The notes: generated by a model from the sequence alone, not told the origin. Shown: positions 1 through 10,064, counted from the first letter of the stretch. The stretch is DNA of 64,000 nt from Candidatus Eiseniibacteriota bacterium (GCA_963762255.1 CAVXKA010000003.1:192001-256000); one strand, 5' to 3'. Translations and numbers: made by a program.

Positions 1-866
1 GCTCCGCACTCCGGACACTCCAACGGCACCAGCAGAGGGCGGGTGTGCTCGGGGCGCATCGGAGCACTCGGCGCCTCCGCCGCGTCCACGTCCGCGTCGT
101 ATTCCACGTCTCCCCGTGCCTCACCGCTCAGGGTATCCACGAGCACGACGCCGCGCTCGAACCCGCGAAAGGCGAAGGGAACGAGCGCAGCGGGGGCCGC
201 CACCGCGTTCATGCGCAAGCGGAGATCGTGAGCGGCGGACCGCTCACCGCCCGACGCATCCGCTCGCTCCCGAAACGCCTTCCACCGCCGCGCCGCCTCG
301 TCGCCGTCCTCCATGGATCGCGTCGGCGCGAGCAACTCGTAGTCTTTCGGCAGTCGGTCGGGGTCGAGCAGGCTGAGCGTGAGGCTCTGCAAGTGCGTGT
401 CCCGTCCCTGCAGAGCGCCGCCGAGAGGATGTGCGGGGAGCGCGTGCGCGTAGGCGGTCACCGAGGGGCGGGCCTCCCACGCGTCGGCCTCGGGCTCCTG
501 CGCAAGATCGCGGAAGGCGTCTTGGGGATCGAACGGCCGCGGGCGCGAACGGCGCTCCGGCTCGACCAGGGTCCACGTGAAGCGCAACCCCCGCACCCAG
601 TGCAGGGGAACGAGGACGCCGCGCGCCTCGCCGATCCGAGTCACCCGCCGACCCGAGTCGCGCAGCCACCGCCGTGCGGCCTCTCGCGCTTCCTCCAGCG
701 GAACGCGCGGGGGAAGCAGCCATCCGACCGAGCCGTCGTCGCCGACGAAGAAGCGCTCCGCGCAATGCGGACAGGCCAGGGCGGCGGCGCCGTCGAGGGC
801 GGATATCGGTCCCCCGCAGCGGGGACACTCCAGCGTCCGCAAGAACGGCGCGGCCCCGGGAATCAC
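1..866 (-). CDS. Zinc-ribbon protein (YdjG-like), 3' end runs off the window; absent from the ORF track
   Basis: Manual translation from GTG at 866 (SD AGGAG just upstream, overlapping the SPFH stop) gives VIPGAAPFLRTLECPRCGG...LACPHCAERF...LVPLHW...VPFAF...LVDTLSGE...PLECPECG, open to the window edge. It has one complete CxxC/CxxC pair and a further CxxC at the edge. Confidence 0.75.
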   Translation of the reverse strand, partial: MIPGAAPFLRTLECPRCGGPISALDGAAALACPHCAERFFVGDDGSVGWLLPPRVPLEEAREAARRWLRDSGRRVTRIGEARGVLVPLHWVRGLRFTWTLVEPERRSRPRPFDPQDAFRDLAQEPEADAWEARPSVTAYAHALPAHPLGGALQGRDTHLQSLTLSLLDPDRLPKDYELLAPTRSMEDGDEAARRWKAFRERADASGGERSAAHDLRLRMNAVAAPAALVPFAFRGFERGVVLVDTLSGEARGDVEYDADVDAAEAPSAPMRPEHTRPLLVPLECPECG

Positions 867-875
867 GGGCCGCTC

Positions 876-1862
876 CTAGCCGGTTTGCACTTTCGACTGC
901 TCGACGCCGCAGTTCGGACAGAACTTCGCGTCGGCGGGGAGATCGCTCCCGCAGCCGATGCAGGCTGTCGCACCGCTCACGGACTTGCCGCAGTGTGGGC
1001 AGTAGCCTCCGCTCTTGCCGTTGCCACCCGCGAGCGCGTGAGGAAGGAGAAACCCCATGCCCGCGCCCATGCCGAGGCCGAGTCCGGTCTGAGCGCCGTT
1101 GCCGGCGGCCGCCCCGGGTCGTCCCAGCGCCTTGCCGGTCTGGTACTGCAGGTACGCGTCGAGCGGACCCACGGCGTTGACGCCCGCCCGCTCGTCCAGC
1201 GCCTGCTGCACTTCCTCGGTCGGGGTGATCGAGGTGATGAAGAAGTCGATGAGGTCGATGCCGTACCGGTTGAAGTCGTGCTTCATCTCCAACCGCGCCT
1301 CGGTGGCGAGTTCGTTGTAGAGCGCGGGGAGATCGAGCAAGGTGGACAGCCGCTCGCCGAGCAGGTCGTTCAGGCGCGCCACGATCACGTCGCGAAGATA
1401 GCTCTCGACGTCGTCGGTCGTGTAGATCCCTTGCGTGCCGGAAAGGGTGTTGAGGAAGAGCACCGGATCGGCGACCCGCATGGCGAAGACGCCGTGCGCC
1501 CGCAGGCGGACCGCACCCAGTTCGCGGTCGCGGAACGCCACCGGCTGGCGCGTCCCCCACTTCATGTTCGTGAAGACCTTCTGGTTCACGAAATAGACCG
1601 CGGCCTGGAACGGGCTGGTGCCGCCGTAGGGCACGCTGAGAAGAGACGTGAGGATCGGAAGGTTGGCTGTCGAGAGCACGTGGCGCCCCGGTCCCATCAC
1701 GTCGAGCGCCTGCCCGTCGCGGAAGAAGACCGCCGCCTGGCTCTCGTTCACCACCACCACCGCGCCCAACTTGAGGTCGGCGGTGCCCTCGGTGGGGACG
1801 CGCTGGATGATCGCGGTCCCGGTTGCGTCGTGGGCCTGAATGACTTCAAGGAATGTGGACAT
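876..1862 (-). CDS. SPFH/Band-7 domain protein (YdjI-like) with C-terminal double zinc ribbon
   Basis: VVNESQAAVFFRDG, GPGRHVLSTANLP and KWGT...LRAHG motifs; Gly-rich GLGLGMGAGMG linker; CPHC/CIGC/CPNC at the C-terminus. Confidence 0.85.
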   Translation of the reverse strand: MSTFLEVIQAHDATGTAIIQRVPTEGTADLKLGAVVVVNESQAAVFFRDGQALDVMGPGRHVLSTANLPILTSLLSVPYGGTSPFQAAVYFVNQKVFTNMKWGTRQPVAFRDRELGAVRLRAHGVFAMRVADPVLFLNTLSGTQGIYTTDDVESYLRDVIVARLNDLLGERLSTLLDLPALYNELATEARLEMKHDFNRYGIDLIDFFITSITPTEEVQQALDERAGVNAVGPLDAYLQYQTGKALGRPGAAAGNGAQTGLGLGMGAGMGFLLPHALAGGNGKSGGYCPHCGKSVSGATACIGCGSDLPADAKFCPNCGVEQSKVQTG

Positions 1863-1863
1863 T

Positions 1864-2379
1864 TCAGCTCCTCAGGAACGATTCCCGCTCGTCGAGTATG
1901 TCTTCCAACTCCTGCAGCCCGTCGAGCAGTCGCCGCCCGGGCCACGCCGAGTCGCCCGCACGTGCCTGCTGGTCCCATTCGGCCGCGGCCCGGTCGATCC
2001 CGTCCAGCGCCGCCCAGAGCTGTGTGTCGAGCGCGAGCAGGGTCTCCAGCTCCCGCGACTGCACCTTCTTACGCGCGAACAGGGATGTGTACCCCAGCGG
2101 GGCGAAATGGATCCGATCGCGCTGACGATGCAGTCCGCGCAGCACGCGATCGGCCTCCTCCACGTTCGTGGGGTCCATCGCGCGGATCGAAACGCTCAAC
2201 GCGCGCTCGATGCGGCCGAGGGTGAGGCCGAGCTGGCGCGCCACGGCGTCGCGCACCGCGCGGTCCTCTTCGCGCAGTCGTTCGCGCTGTTTGTATCCGG
2301 AGTAGCCGGGAATGATGGCGGCCAGACGCTCGACGGCGCGAGCGAGGCCGGAGGGATCGAGGACGGGTTCATGAGGCAT
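1864..2379 (-). CDS. Conserved helical hypothetical protein (IPGYSGY...ERLREED motif)
   Basis: ATG at 2379 after GGAGG; stop lies 1 nt before the SPFH start; amphipathic helical pattern. Confidence 0.7.
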   Translation of the reverse strand: MPHEPVLDPSGLARAVERLAAIIPGYSGYKQRERLREEDRAVRDAVARQLGLTLGRIERALSVSIRAMDPTNVEEADRVLRGLHRQRDRIHFAPLGYTSLFARKKVQSRELETLLALDTQLWAALDGIDRAAAEWDQQARAGDSAWPGRRLLDGLQELEDILDERESFLRS

Positions 2380-2513
2380 GAGCGACCCTCCATGCTGGAG
2401 CGTTGTGGATTGCCCTACAGATATCGGCCTTCGAGGCGGGGGCTTGAGCCAGGGGCGCGGTCGGAGAGCCGCCAGGGACATGCAGATAGCGCCCCGCGGC
2501 AGACCTCGGCGGT

Positions 2514-2542
2514 TTGACAGCCCCCAGTGCGGCCCCTAGACT
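2514..2542 (+). promoter_or_regulatory. sigma70-type promoter for the S9 peptidase / SNF2 genes
   Basis: TTGACA-N17-TAGACT, about 57 nt upstream of ATG 2600. Confidence 0.7.
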
Positions 2543-2599
2543 GCGCCGCACCCCTTAGCGCGAACCTGGACCCCTCGGATCTCCTCGGAGGACCCGCCC

Positions 2600-4501
2600 A
2601 TGCGCCGTCTCGTGCTGTCCCTGTGCTTCCTGACCGCCCTGCCCTTCGTCGCGCGGGCCGCCGAGGAGGAGATCCTCCCTTCGACCGCCGTGCCGGACAT
2701 CGACGCCTTCATGCAGATCGGCGCGGCGGGGAGCCCCGAGATCACCCGCGACGGCCGGGCGCTCTTCTTCACCTCCAATTCGTCCGGGGTGAACCAGGTC
2801 TACCGGCTGGATCGCGAGACGGGATGGCCGCTCCAGCTTTCCGTCTTCACCGAGGGGATCGATTTCTACACGCTCTCCCCCACCGGCGAGTACCTCATCT
2901 GCGGCGTGGCCCGGGGCGGTAACGAGAACGCGCAGCTCTGGCTCATGGATGCGAGGACGGGCCGCACCGAGGCCCTGACCGATCAACCCGACGTGCGCCA
3001 CGGCACGCCGACGTGGAGCCCGGACGGTCGCACGATCTTCTACGCGAGCACCGAGGCCAACGGAAAGGACTTCTACGTCTATCGCCTGGAGCTGGCATCG
3101 AAGCAGAAGAGCCTCCTCGCCGATCTCCCCGACTGGAACAGCCCCGGCGACGTGAGCGCCGACGGCCGGCGACTGCTCATCACCCGCGCCGTCTCCAACG
3201 TCAACAGCGACATCTATCTCGTGGACATCACGAGCGGCGAGCGCACGCTGCTCACCCCGCACGAGGGCGAGATTCTCTTCGACAGCGCGCAGTTCGATCG
3301 CACCGGAGCCCGCGTTTACCTGGTCAGCAACGGCAACGGAGACGGCGTGACCCGGCGGGCGGTCATCGACATCGCCACCAAGGCCCTCACGTTCCTCGAC
3401 ACCGAAGGCCCGTGGGAGGTCCAGTCCCTCGGTCTCTCCCCCGATCGCCGGTTCATGGGCTGGACCGTGAACGTGGACGGGTATACCCGACTCCATCTCT
3501 GGGATCTCGATCACGAGCGGACCGTACCGGCGCCGCCGGTGGACGGCCTGGTGGGCGACTTCTCCTTCAGCGATGAGGGAAGCGTGGCCTTCAACTTCAG
3601 CTCCGCGGTGAGCACGGACGACATCTGGATCTGGGACTGGAACGCGCCCGAGCTTCGCAAGATGACCCATTCCACCTACGCCGGGGTGGACCCTTCGCGG
3701 TTCAGCGCCCCCCAACTCGTCCGCTACAAATCCTTCGACGGCCTCATGATTCCCGCTTTCCTATACCTGCCGCCGGACTACCGAGCAGGCCATCCGGTGC
3801 CGTTCGTGGTCCACGCGCACGGCGGCCCCGAATCGCAGTTTCAGCCCGGCTTCATCCGCCACTTCCAGTACCTGCTCCTGAACGGCTACGGCATCCTCGC
3901 CCCCAACATTCGCGGCTCCTCCGGCTACGGTAAGGCGTACCTGGACATGGACAACTACAAGAAGCGGATGGATTCGGTGAAGGATCTCAAGGCGGGGGTG
4001 GACTACCTGGTCAAGAACGGTTACTCGGCGCCGGGCAAGATCGCGGTGAAGGGAGGCTCCTACGGCGGCTACATGACGCTGGCAGCGATCACCGAGTACC
4101 CCAAGGTCTTCTCCGCCGCGGTCGACGAAGTGGGCATCGCGAACTTCGTGACCTTTCTCGAGCGCACCGCCGAGTATCGGCGGGCCATGCGCGAGGCCGA
4201 GTACGGACCGCTCACCGACAAGCCGTTCCTCGAGAGCATCTCGCCGCTCAACAAGGCGTCGCTCATCGAGACGCCGCTCCTGGTGGTGCACGGCGAGAAC
4301 GATCCGCGGGTTCCGGTGAGCGAAGCCCGCCAGATCGTGGCCGCCATCCAGGCGCGGGGGGGCGAAGTGGATACCCTCATCTTCCCGGACGAGGGACACG
4401 GCGTGGCCAAACGCGAGAACGCCCTCGTCTCGTATCGTCGCCTCGTCGAGTTCCTGGATCGTCACCTGAAGGGGCGGTTGGAGCCGACCCGGCCGGACTA
4501 G
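2600..4501 (+). CDS. Secreted S9 family (prolyl oligopeptidase / acylaminoacyl) peptidase with PD40 beta-propeller
   Basis: Signal peptide; WSPDG repeats; HGGP, GGSYGG nucleophile, GENDPRV and DEGHG complete the catalytic triad. Confidence 0.92.
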   Translation: MRRLVLSLCFLTALPFVARAAEEEILPSTAVPDIDAFMQIGAAGSPEITRDGRALFFTSNSSGVNQVYRLDRETGWPLQLSVFTEGIDFYTLSPTGEYLICGVARGGNENAQLWLMDARTGRTEALTDQPDVRHGTPTWSPDGRTIFYASTEANGKDFYVYRLELASKQKSLLADLPDWNSPGDVSADGRRLLITRAVSNVNSDIYLVDITSGERTLLTPHEGEILFDSAQFDRTGARVYLVSNGNGDGVTRRAVIDIATKALTFLDTEGPWEVQSLGLSPDRRFMGWTVNVDGYTRLHLWDLDHERTVPAPPVDGLVGDFSFSDEGSVAFNFSSAVSTDDIWIWDWNAPELRKMTHSTYAGVDPSRFSAPQLVRYKSFDGLMIPAFLYLPPDYRAGHPVPFVVHAHGGPESQFQPGFIRHFQYLLLNGYGILAPNIRGSSGYGKAYLDMDNYKKRMDSVKDLKAGVDYLVKNGYSAPGKIAVKGGSYGGYMTLAAITEYPKVFSAAVDEVGIANFVTFLERTAEYRRAMREAEYGPLTDKPFLESISPLNKASLIETPLLVVHGENDPRVPVSEARQIVAAIQARGGEVDTLIFPDEGHGVAKRENALVSYRRLVEFLDRHLKGRLEPTRPD

Positions 4502-4511
4502 GGAGCGGAGC

Positions 4512-6899
4512 TTGCGGGACCAGGTGACGCTCAAGCCCGGCGACAAGGTGCTGCACCGCTACAACCGGGACCTCGGTCCCGGCGAGGTGCTCGCGGTCGA
4601 AGGCGGCCGCCTGCGCGTTCGATTCCCCCGGCGCGATGAGACCCTTGAGTTCGCGGCCCGCGATCACGCGTTCGTGCCGCTCGTGCTTCCGGAGGGAACC
4701 GATCCCGCACGCTGGCACGAGTCGTTCCACGAGGACATGATCGAACGTCTCGCCCGGCTCGAGGTGGACCGCCTCCCCGCGTGGGAGAACCGCATGGACA
4801 GCCTGCGGCTCGCCCGACTGCGCGAGGCCGACGGGCTGGGATCGTTCCTGGGCGGGCGGATCCAGATCTTCCCGCACCAGCTCCACGTGGCCGAGCAGGC
4901 GGCGCGCACCGATCCCGTACGCTGGCTCCTGGCCGACGAGGTGGGCCTCGGAAAGACGGTGGAGGCCTGCCTCATCCTGAACCGGCTCCTGCGCACCGGC
5001 CGCGCCGAGCGCGTGCTCATCGTCGTCCCCGCCTCGCTCACTGTACAATGGCTTGGTGAATTGTATCGCAAATTCCACCAAATCTTTGTATTGCTCGATG
5101 AGGAGCGCCGGCGCGACGTGCGCAAGGACTTCGGGCCGGAGTGGAACCCGTTCGAGGTGCATCCCCGTTCCGTGATCGCCCTCGAGGATCTGGTCGGCTC
5201 GAACGATCTGGTGCGCCGCGCCGAGGCCGCGAAGCCCGACCTCCTGGTCGTGGACGAGGCCCACCATCTCGAACGCCGCGCCGGCCACCCCGGAAGCCTC
5301 TCCTATCGGGCGGTGGCCCCCCTCGCCGCGGCCAGCCGCAACGTCCTCCTCCTCTCCGCGACGCCGCTCGAGGCCGACGCCCATGGGTTCTTTCGTCTCC
5401 TCGAGCTGCTTCGCCCGGATGAGTACGGCTCGTGGGAGGAGTTTCGCACCCGCCTCGACGAGGGCGTGCCCCTGTATCCGTGCACGAGCGCCACGCGGCG
5501 CGCCGACATCGGCGGGCTCCCGCCGCGCGTGCCGACTCCGGTGGATCTGGCGTCGTGGCCGGAGATGGAAGCGATCGAGACCGCCATCCTCACCGAGCCG
5601 GCAACGGATCGTCTCGCGGAGATCCGCCGCGCCGAGCGTCTCGAACGCGCGCTGGATGCGCCCACCGGCGATGCTGACCCGCGCTTGCGATGGGTGCTCG
5701 ATCGGTACCCGGCGTGGAAGAAGTCGGGCGACAAGATCCTCCTGTTCGTCCACCAGCGCGAGTCGCTGGAATTTCTGAAGGGCGCGATCGAGCGCGCGAC
5801 CCTGCAGAGGGTGGGCGTCTTTCATGAGGATCTCACCCCCGCCGCGCGCGATCTCGAGGTGGCCCAGTTCGCTCAAGCAGACGGCCCTACGCTCCTCATC
5901 TCCACCGAGTCGGGGGGCGAAGGGCGCAACTTCGAGTTCTGCCGATGCCTCGTGCTCTTCGACCTGCCGTGGGATCCGGTGCTCCTCGAGCAGCGGATCG
6001 GGCGGCTCGACCGCATCAGCCGCCGGCGCCCGGTGGAAGTGTGCTACTTCCGCCCCCCGGAAGGCCTCGCCGCGCAGATCGTGCGTCTCTACGAGGCGCT
6101 CGGCATCTTCCGCGAGCCGCTCGGCGGGCTCGATCGTTCCCTCCACCACGTCGAAGACGCGATCCGCAAAGCCACCCACGCGCACCCGCCGCAGCTCGAT
6201 GTCGACGCCGTGGTGCGCGAGACCCACGAAGCCCGCGCGCGCATGAATCGAGCCCTCTATCACGACCTTCATCGCAATCGTTACCGGCCCGAACTCGCGG
6301 CGGAGATTCTTGCCCGCATCCCTCCCGATCTGGAGAGGCGCACCGCGGAGGTCGTGCTCGAGGCCTGCGGGCAGTTCGGGTTCGAGACCGTGCCCAAGGG
6401 CGGGCGTGGGACGTGGTACATCGAGTTCGGCTCGGAGGCGATGATCGAGAGCCTCCCGGGCGTGACCGAAGGCACGCGGTGGCTCGGCACGTTCGATCGC
6501 AGCGAAGCGGTGCAGCGCGAGACGCTCGACTTCTTCGCCTCAGGACATCCGCTCGTCGAGGGCGTCTTGCTCGAGCTGGAGGACGGCCATCGCGGACAGG
6601 TCGCGCTTCTGGAGGTTCGGGGCACGGGAGTGTCCGGCGGCGGCGTGCTGGCGATGGTCAAGCGGGGCGCCGAGTTCGAGGCGCTCGTGGTCGACCAGCG
6701 GGGACGCCGCCATCCCGAGTGGGCGCGCTTCTTCACCGAGGAGCGCGGCGCGCGGCGCGAAGGCGATCCGCTGAGCTGGGGGCTGGCCGGCGCCGAGGCT
6801 CTGGCCGTCTGGGCTCCCCGAGCGCGCGAGCTCCTGCATCCGCTGCAGCGGGAGGGAAAACTGGTGGCGGCGGCCGCGTTCCGGCTACTGCCCGACTGA
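4512..6899 (+). CDS. SNF2-family helicase, RapA/HepA-like
   Basis: LLADEVGLGKT, DEAHH, LLSATP, STESGGEGRNF and EQRIGRLDR motifs; RapA-like C-terminal segment FASGHPLVEG. Confidence 0.85.
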   Translation: MRDQVTLKPGDKVLHRYNRDLGPGEVLAVEGGRLRVRFPRRDETLEFAARDHAFVPLVLPEGTDPARWHESFHEDMIERLARLEVDRLPAWENRMDSLRLARLREADGLGSFLGGRIQIFPHQLHVAEQAARTDPVRWLLADEVGLGKTVEACLILNRLLRTGRAERVLIVVPASLTVQWLGELYRKFHQIFVLLDEERRRDVRKDFGPEWNPFEVHPRSVIALEDLVGSNDLVRRAEAAKPDLLVVDEAHHLERRAGHPGSLSYRAVAPLAAASRNVLLLSATPLEADAHGFFRLLELLRPDEYGSWEEFRTRLDEGVPLYPCTSATRRADIGGLPPRVPTPVDLASWPEMEAIETAILTEPATDRLAEIRRAERLERALDAPTGDADPRLRWVLDRYPAWKKSGDKILLFVHQRESLEFLKGAIERATLQRVGVFHEDLTPAARDLEVAQFAQADGPTLLISTESGGEGRNFEFCRCLVLFDLPWDPVLLEQRIGRLDRISRRRPVEVCYFRPPEGLAAQIVRLYEALGIFREPLGGLDRSLHHVEDAIRKATHAHPPQLDVDAVVRETHEARARMNRALYHDLHRNRYRPELAAEILARIPPDLERRTAEVVLEACGQFGFETVPKGGRGTWYIEFGSEAMIESLPGVTEGTRWLGTFDRSEAVQRETLDFFASGHPLVEGVLLELEDGHRGQVALLEVRGTGVSGGGVLAMVKRGAEFEALVVDQRGRRHPEWARFFTEERGARREGDPLSWGLAGAEALAVWAPRARELLHPLQREGKLVAAAAFRLLPD

Positions 6900-7679
6900 C
6901 GCTCCCCAGATCTCCAGGCCTTTCTCGATCAGGATCGCGGTCCCGGTCACGAGGACCAGAAGCGCGAAGGCGCGCCGAAGCCGCTGCGGGCGCACCCGAG
7001 GAGCAAGCGTCGCTCCGACCAAGCTCCCGGCCACGCTGACGATGGCGAACGTGAGCGCGAGACTCCACCGGATCGGCACGTGGCCGAGAAACCCCACGAG
7101 GCCGGCCGCGCAGTTCATCGCGATCACCACGAGCGACGTGCCCACCGCCAGGTGCATGGGAAGACGGGCCACCAGGAGGAGCATCGGGACGATCACGAAG
7201 CCGCCCCCCACACCGAGGAGTCCGGTGAGCGCTCCGCCGAGCACGCCGTAGCCCGCCACTTTGGCCAGCGAGGCCTCGGCGCGGACCTCCGTCGCAATCG
7301 ACTCTCCGGAGCGCGCGCCCCCGCGCAGCATCGTCGCCGCCACGACCACCATGAGGAGGGCGAACGTCAGAAGGAGCGCCGCACCCGGCACCGCTTGCAT
7401 TGCTGCCACCCGGCCCCCAACCGACGCACCAACGATCCCGGCCACGCCGAAACCGAGCCCCACCCGCAGATCGAGGTTGCGATGATGCGCGTGGCGGAGC
7501 GCGCCGGCGGCCGCGGTCACGCCCACCACCACGAGCGAGGTGGCGATGGCGGTTTTCGGATCCAGGTGGAGGACGTAGACTAGGACGGGCACGGTGAGGA
7601 TGGAGCCGCCCCCGCCGAGGAGCCCCAGCGAGAGACCCACGAGGAATGCCAGGGGCGCGGCCAGAAGAAGTTCGAGCAC
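6885..7679 (-). CDS. Sulfite exporter TauE/SafE (TSUP) family membrane protein
   Basis: GLLGGGGSILTVP and GLLGVGGGFVIVP internal repeat; about 8 TM segments; start placed at GTG 7679 after GAGG. Confidence 0.88.
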   Translation of the reverse strand: MLELLLAAPLAFLVGLSLGLLGGGGSILTVPVLVYVLHLDPKTAIATSLVVVGVTAAAGALRHAHHRNLDLRVGLGFGVAGIVGASVGGRVAAMQAVPGAALLLTFALLMVVVAATMLRGGARSGESIATEVRAEASLAKVAGYGVLGGALTGLLGVGGGFVIVPMLLLVARLPMHLAVGTSLVVIAMNCAAGLVGFLGHVPIRWSLALTFAIVSVAGSLVGATLAPRVRPQRLRRAFALLVLVTGTAILIEKGLEIWGASVGQ

Positions 7680-7826
7680 GCAACACCTCATGCCGGAGAG
7701 AGCTGGGACGCGAAGAATGGCGGGCCCGGCCCAAGCCGTCAACCGGCCCGTCCGTTAAGGGCGCGGGCCGCCGATGCCGAGAACTCCAGCAGGAGACGGG
7801 ACAGGTCCGTTTCCGGGGGGAGCATC

Positions 7827-9929
7827 ATGCGCGCGACATTCCTTGTGCTGATCGCCTGTGGGGTATTTGCCGCCGGTCCCCTCCACGCCGATACCTTCGA
7901 GCCGAACGATTTACCCGAGCAGGCCTACGGCCCGCTCGCCAGCGGTGTGACCATCCAGTCGATGATCTCCAGCGAGACCGACCAGGATTGGTACATGTTC
8001 GACGCCGACACGGGCGACCTGACGATCACGCTGACCGGAATTCCGCCCGGAATCGACTACGATCTCTGCCTCACCGACCGGTACGGCGAGTTTTTTCATG
8101 TCTGCTCGGACTCGTTGGGGAACGTCGACGAGCGCATTGACTACCTGGTCACCAGCCGAGATCGCTTCCTGGTTCGCGTGGCCCCCCCCGAAGGGGGGAC
8201 TTTCTCCCCCGTCATCGCCTATCACCTCACCGTCACCTTTGTCGCTATCGTGACTCCGCCCGCGGTCGCTCTCGTCTCGCCCAACGGCGGCGAGAGCTGG
8301 ACCGGCGGTACATCGCACGCCGTGCAATGGACGGCGGAAGATCTCGAGGACGGAACCGCGCTAGCCATCGATCTCGCCTGGAGCGCCGACGGTGGAACGG
8401 CTTGGTCGCCGCTGGCCACCGGTCTCGCCAACACAGGCTCCTGGACGTGGGCCGTCCCCAATTCGCCCACCGATCACGCGCGGGTGCGCGTCACGGCGAG
8501 GGACTCGGGTGGCGCGGCGAGCGCGGATTCGAGCGATGCGGACTTCGCCATCGTTGCCTCACAAGGCAACGCCACGCTCGCGATGGCTCGCAACGTCGAC
8601 GGCGCGGCGGGCTCGATTGTCTCCGTCCCGCTCACACTCGCCAACGACCGCGCCGTGGCCGACCTCGAAACCGTGATCGGATTCAATCCTGACCGCCTCG
8701 CCTTCCTCGACGCGAGCAGCGGCTCGCGCGCGACGGCGTTGCTCCTCACCGCAACGCCGCAGGGCGCCGGCCAGATCCACCTCGCCCTCTCCGGTGCTCC
8801 AGGCGCGAGCATTGCCGCCGGCACGGGAGAGATCGCGGTGCTGCGCTTCCGCGTCGATCACTTCGCAGCGGCCGGGAACACCGCCGAGTTGCCCTTGTCG
8901 CTTGCCCAGGCCCACGACGCGGGGGGCGTGCCGATGCTCCTCACCTCAACCGCCGGCCTCGTGACGGTGAACGAGGCGCTCGTCGCCCGGGTCGCCCTGT
9001 CCGTGCCGTCCGACTTGCACGTGGACGTGGGGTTGCCGCTGGCGGTGCCGGTCTCGCTCTCCGCCAACGTGCCTCTCACGCGACTCGAGTTCACACTGCA
9101 CTATCAACCCGACGTCATCTCGCTGCCGTTCGTCACCACCGGCTCCGCGCTGAGCAGCCTGCAGATGGACGTCTCCGACAACGGCCTCGGCGCGGTGCGC
9201 ATCCGCTTCACTTCAGTGGCCGGAGCGGTCGCGAACCCCGACTCCGGCGTAGTCTGCACCATCGCGTTCTCTTCCGCGCTCGACCCCACGCACAATGCCA
9301 CGCTCAGCTTCACCGAGACGCTGGCGCTGGGGCCGCGCGACGAGGTGGTGGCCGTCACCGCCATCGGTGCCGACGTTGTTCCGGTCACGCTGCTCGATCT
9401 GGCCGTCGACGATGAACCTGCCGGGGCACGGGTGCACTGGCAGGTCGCCGACGCGAGCATCGCGGCCGGCTATCGCGTACTGCGCGCCGGTGCGGGAGAT
9501 GCCGAACCGGTACACGACGGACTCTTGCCCGCCACAACCACAGAGTTCGTGGATGACACCGCCGTTCCCGGCGAGCGCTACCGCTACTGGATCGAGGCGC
9601 TCGGGCGCGACGGCTCGCTCGCCAAGTTCGGCCCCATCGAAATCGTGCTCGCCGCGCGCGGGTTATGGGCGGGACTCCCCTACCCGAACCCGGCGCGCTC
9701 AGGCGCGTCGCTGGACGTGCGCGCGTTCGCGACCGGCGACATGCGTGCGGCCATCACCGACGTGACCGGACGTGTGGTGCGCGAACTGGCGGGATCGGCG
9801 GGCGCGTCCATCCTCCACTGGGACGGCCGCACGGCGGCAGGCACCGAGGCCCCGGCGGGAATCTACTTCCTCGTGGTCACGCAGGGGGCGGAGCGGGAGT
9901 TGCGGAGGATCCTCAAGCTCGGAGGCTAG
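7827..9929 (+). CDS. Secreted modular protein: PPC-like domain, Ig (SPNGGE) domain, two cohesin-like domains, FN3-like domain, FlgD/T9SS-like C-terminal domain
   Basis: Signal peptide; EPND...DQDWY; SPNGGESW...WTWAVP; VSVPLTL...IGFNPDRL...GTGEIAVLRF and VPVSL...LHYQPDV...GVVCTIAF; C-terminal PNP...DVTGRVVR...WDG...GIYF. Confidence 0.75.
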   Translation: MRATFLVLIACGVFAAGPLHADTFEPNDLPEQAYGPLASGVTIQSMISSETDQDWYMFDADTGDLTITLTGIPPGIDYDLCLTDRYGEFFHVCSDSLGNVDERIDYLVTSRDRFLVRVAPPEGGTFSPVIAYHLTVTFVAIVTPPAVALVSPNGGESWTGGTSHAVQWTAEDLEDGTALAIDLAWSADGGTAWSPLATGLANTGSWTWAVPNSPTDHARVRVTARDSGGAASADSSDADFAIVASQGNATLAMARNVDGAAGSIVSVPLTLANDRAVADLETVIGFNPDRLAFLDASSGSRATALLLTATPQGAGQIHLALSGAPGASIAAGTGEIAVLRFRVDHFAAAGNTAELPLSLAQAHDAGGVPMLLTSTAGLVTVNEALVARVALSVPSDLHVDVGLPLAVPVSLSANVPLTRLEFTLHYQPDVISLPFVTTGSALSSLQMDVSDNGLGAVRIRFTSVAGAVANPDSGVVCTIAFSSALDPTHNATLSFTETLALGPRDEVVAVTAIGADVVPVTLLDLAVDDEPAGARVHWQVADASIAAGYRVLRAGAGDAEPVHDGLLPATTTEFVDDTAVPGERYRYWIEALGRDGSLAKFGPIEIVLAARGLWAGLPYPNPARSGASLDVRAFATGDMRAAITDVTGRVVRELAGSAGASILHWDGRTAAGTEAPAGIYFLVVTQGAERELRRILKLGG

Positions 9930-9967
9930 GCGCCGCGCCCGCGCGACTCGACTGGCTCCAGGCCATG

Positions 9968-10050
9968 ATTCGTGAGAATTGCTCACCCCGGGTGAGCATT
10001 CACATAACTCATTATACTTATATAGGTTACGTGGGTCCAGCCGGCTGGAC
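9968..10050. promoter_or_regulatory. AT-rich intergenic element with palindromes and IHF-like sites between convergent genes
   Basis: ATTCGTGAGAAT, GCTCACCCCGGGTGAGC and GTCCAGCCGGCTGGAC palindromes; TAACTCATT-containing AT tract. Confidence 0.4.
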
Positions 10051-10064
10051 TGGGGCACTCGAAG

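Noticed and set aside
45-2225. Long + strand ORF (726 aa) and similar long antisense ORFs (e.g. 13333-15687, 17159-19210, 35358-37610, 38702-40681)
   Set aside because: These are stop-poor shadow frames opposite well-supported genes, as expected at high GC. They have no recognisable motifs.
9998-10033. Possible dif/Xer site in the AT-rich tract (TTATGTGAAT on the minus strand)
   Set aside because: The spacing between the ATAA and TTATG arms is 4 bp rather than 6, and the XerC arm is poor. An IHF-like site explains it better.
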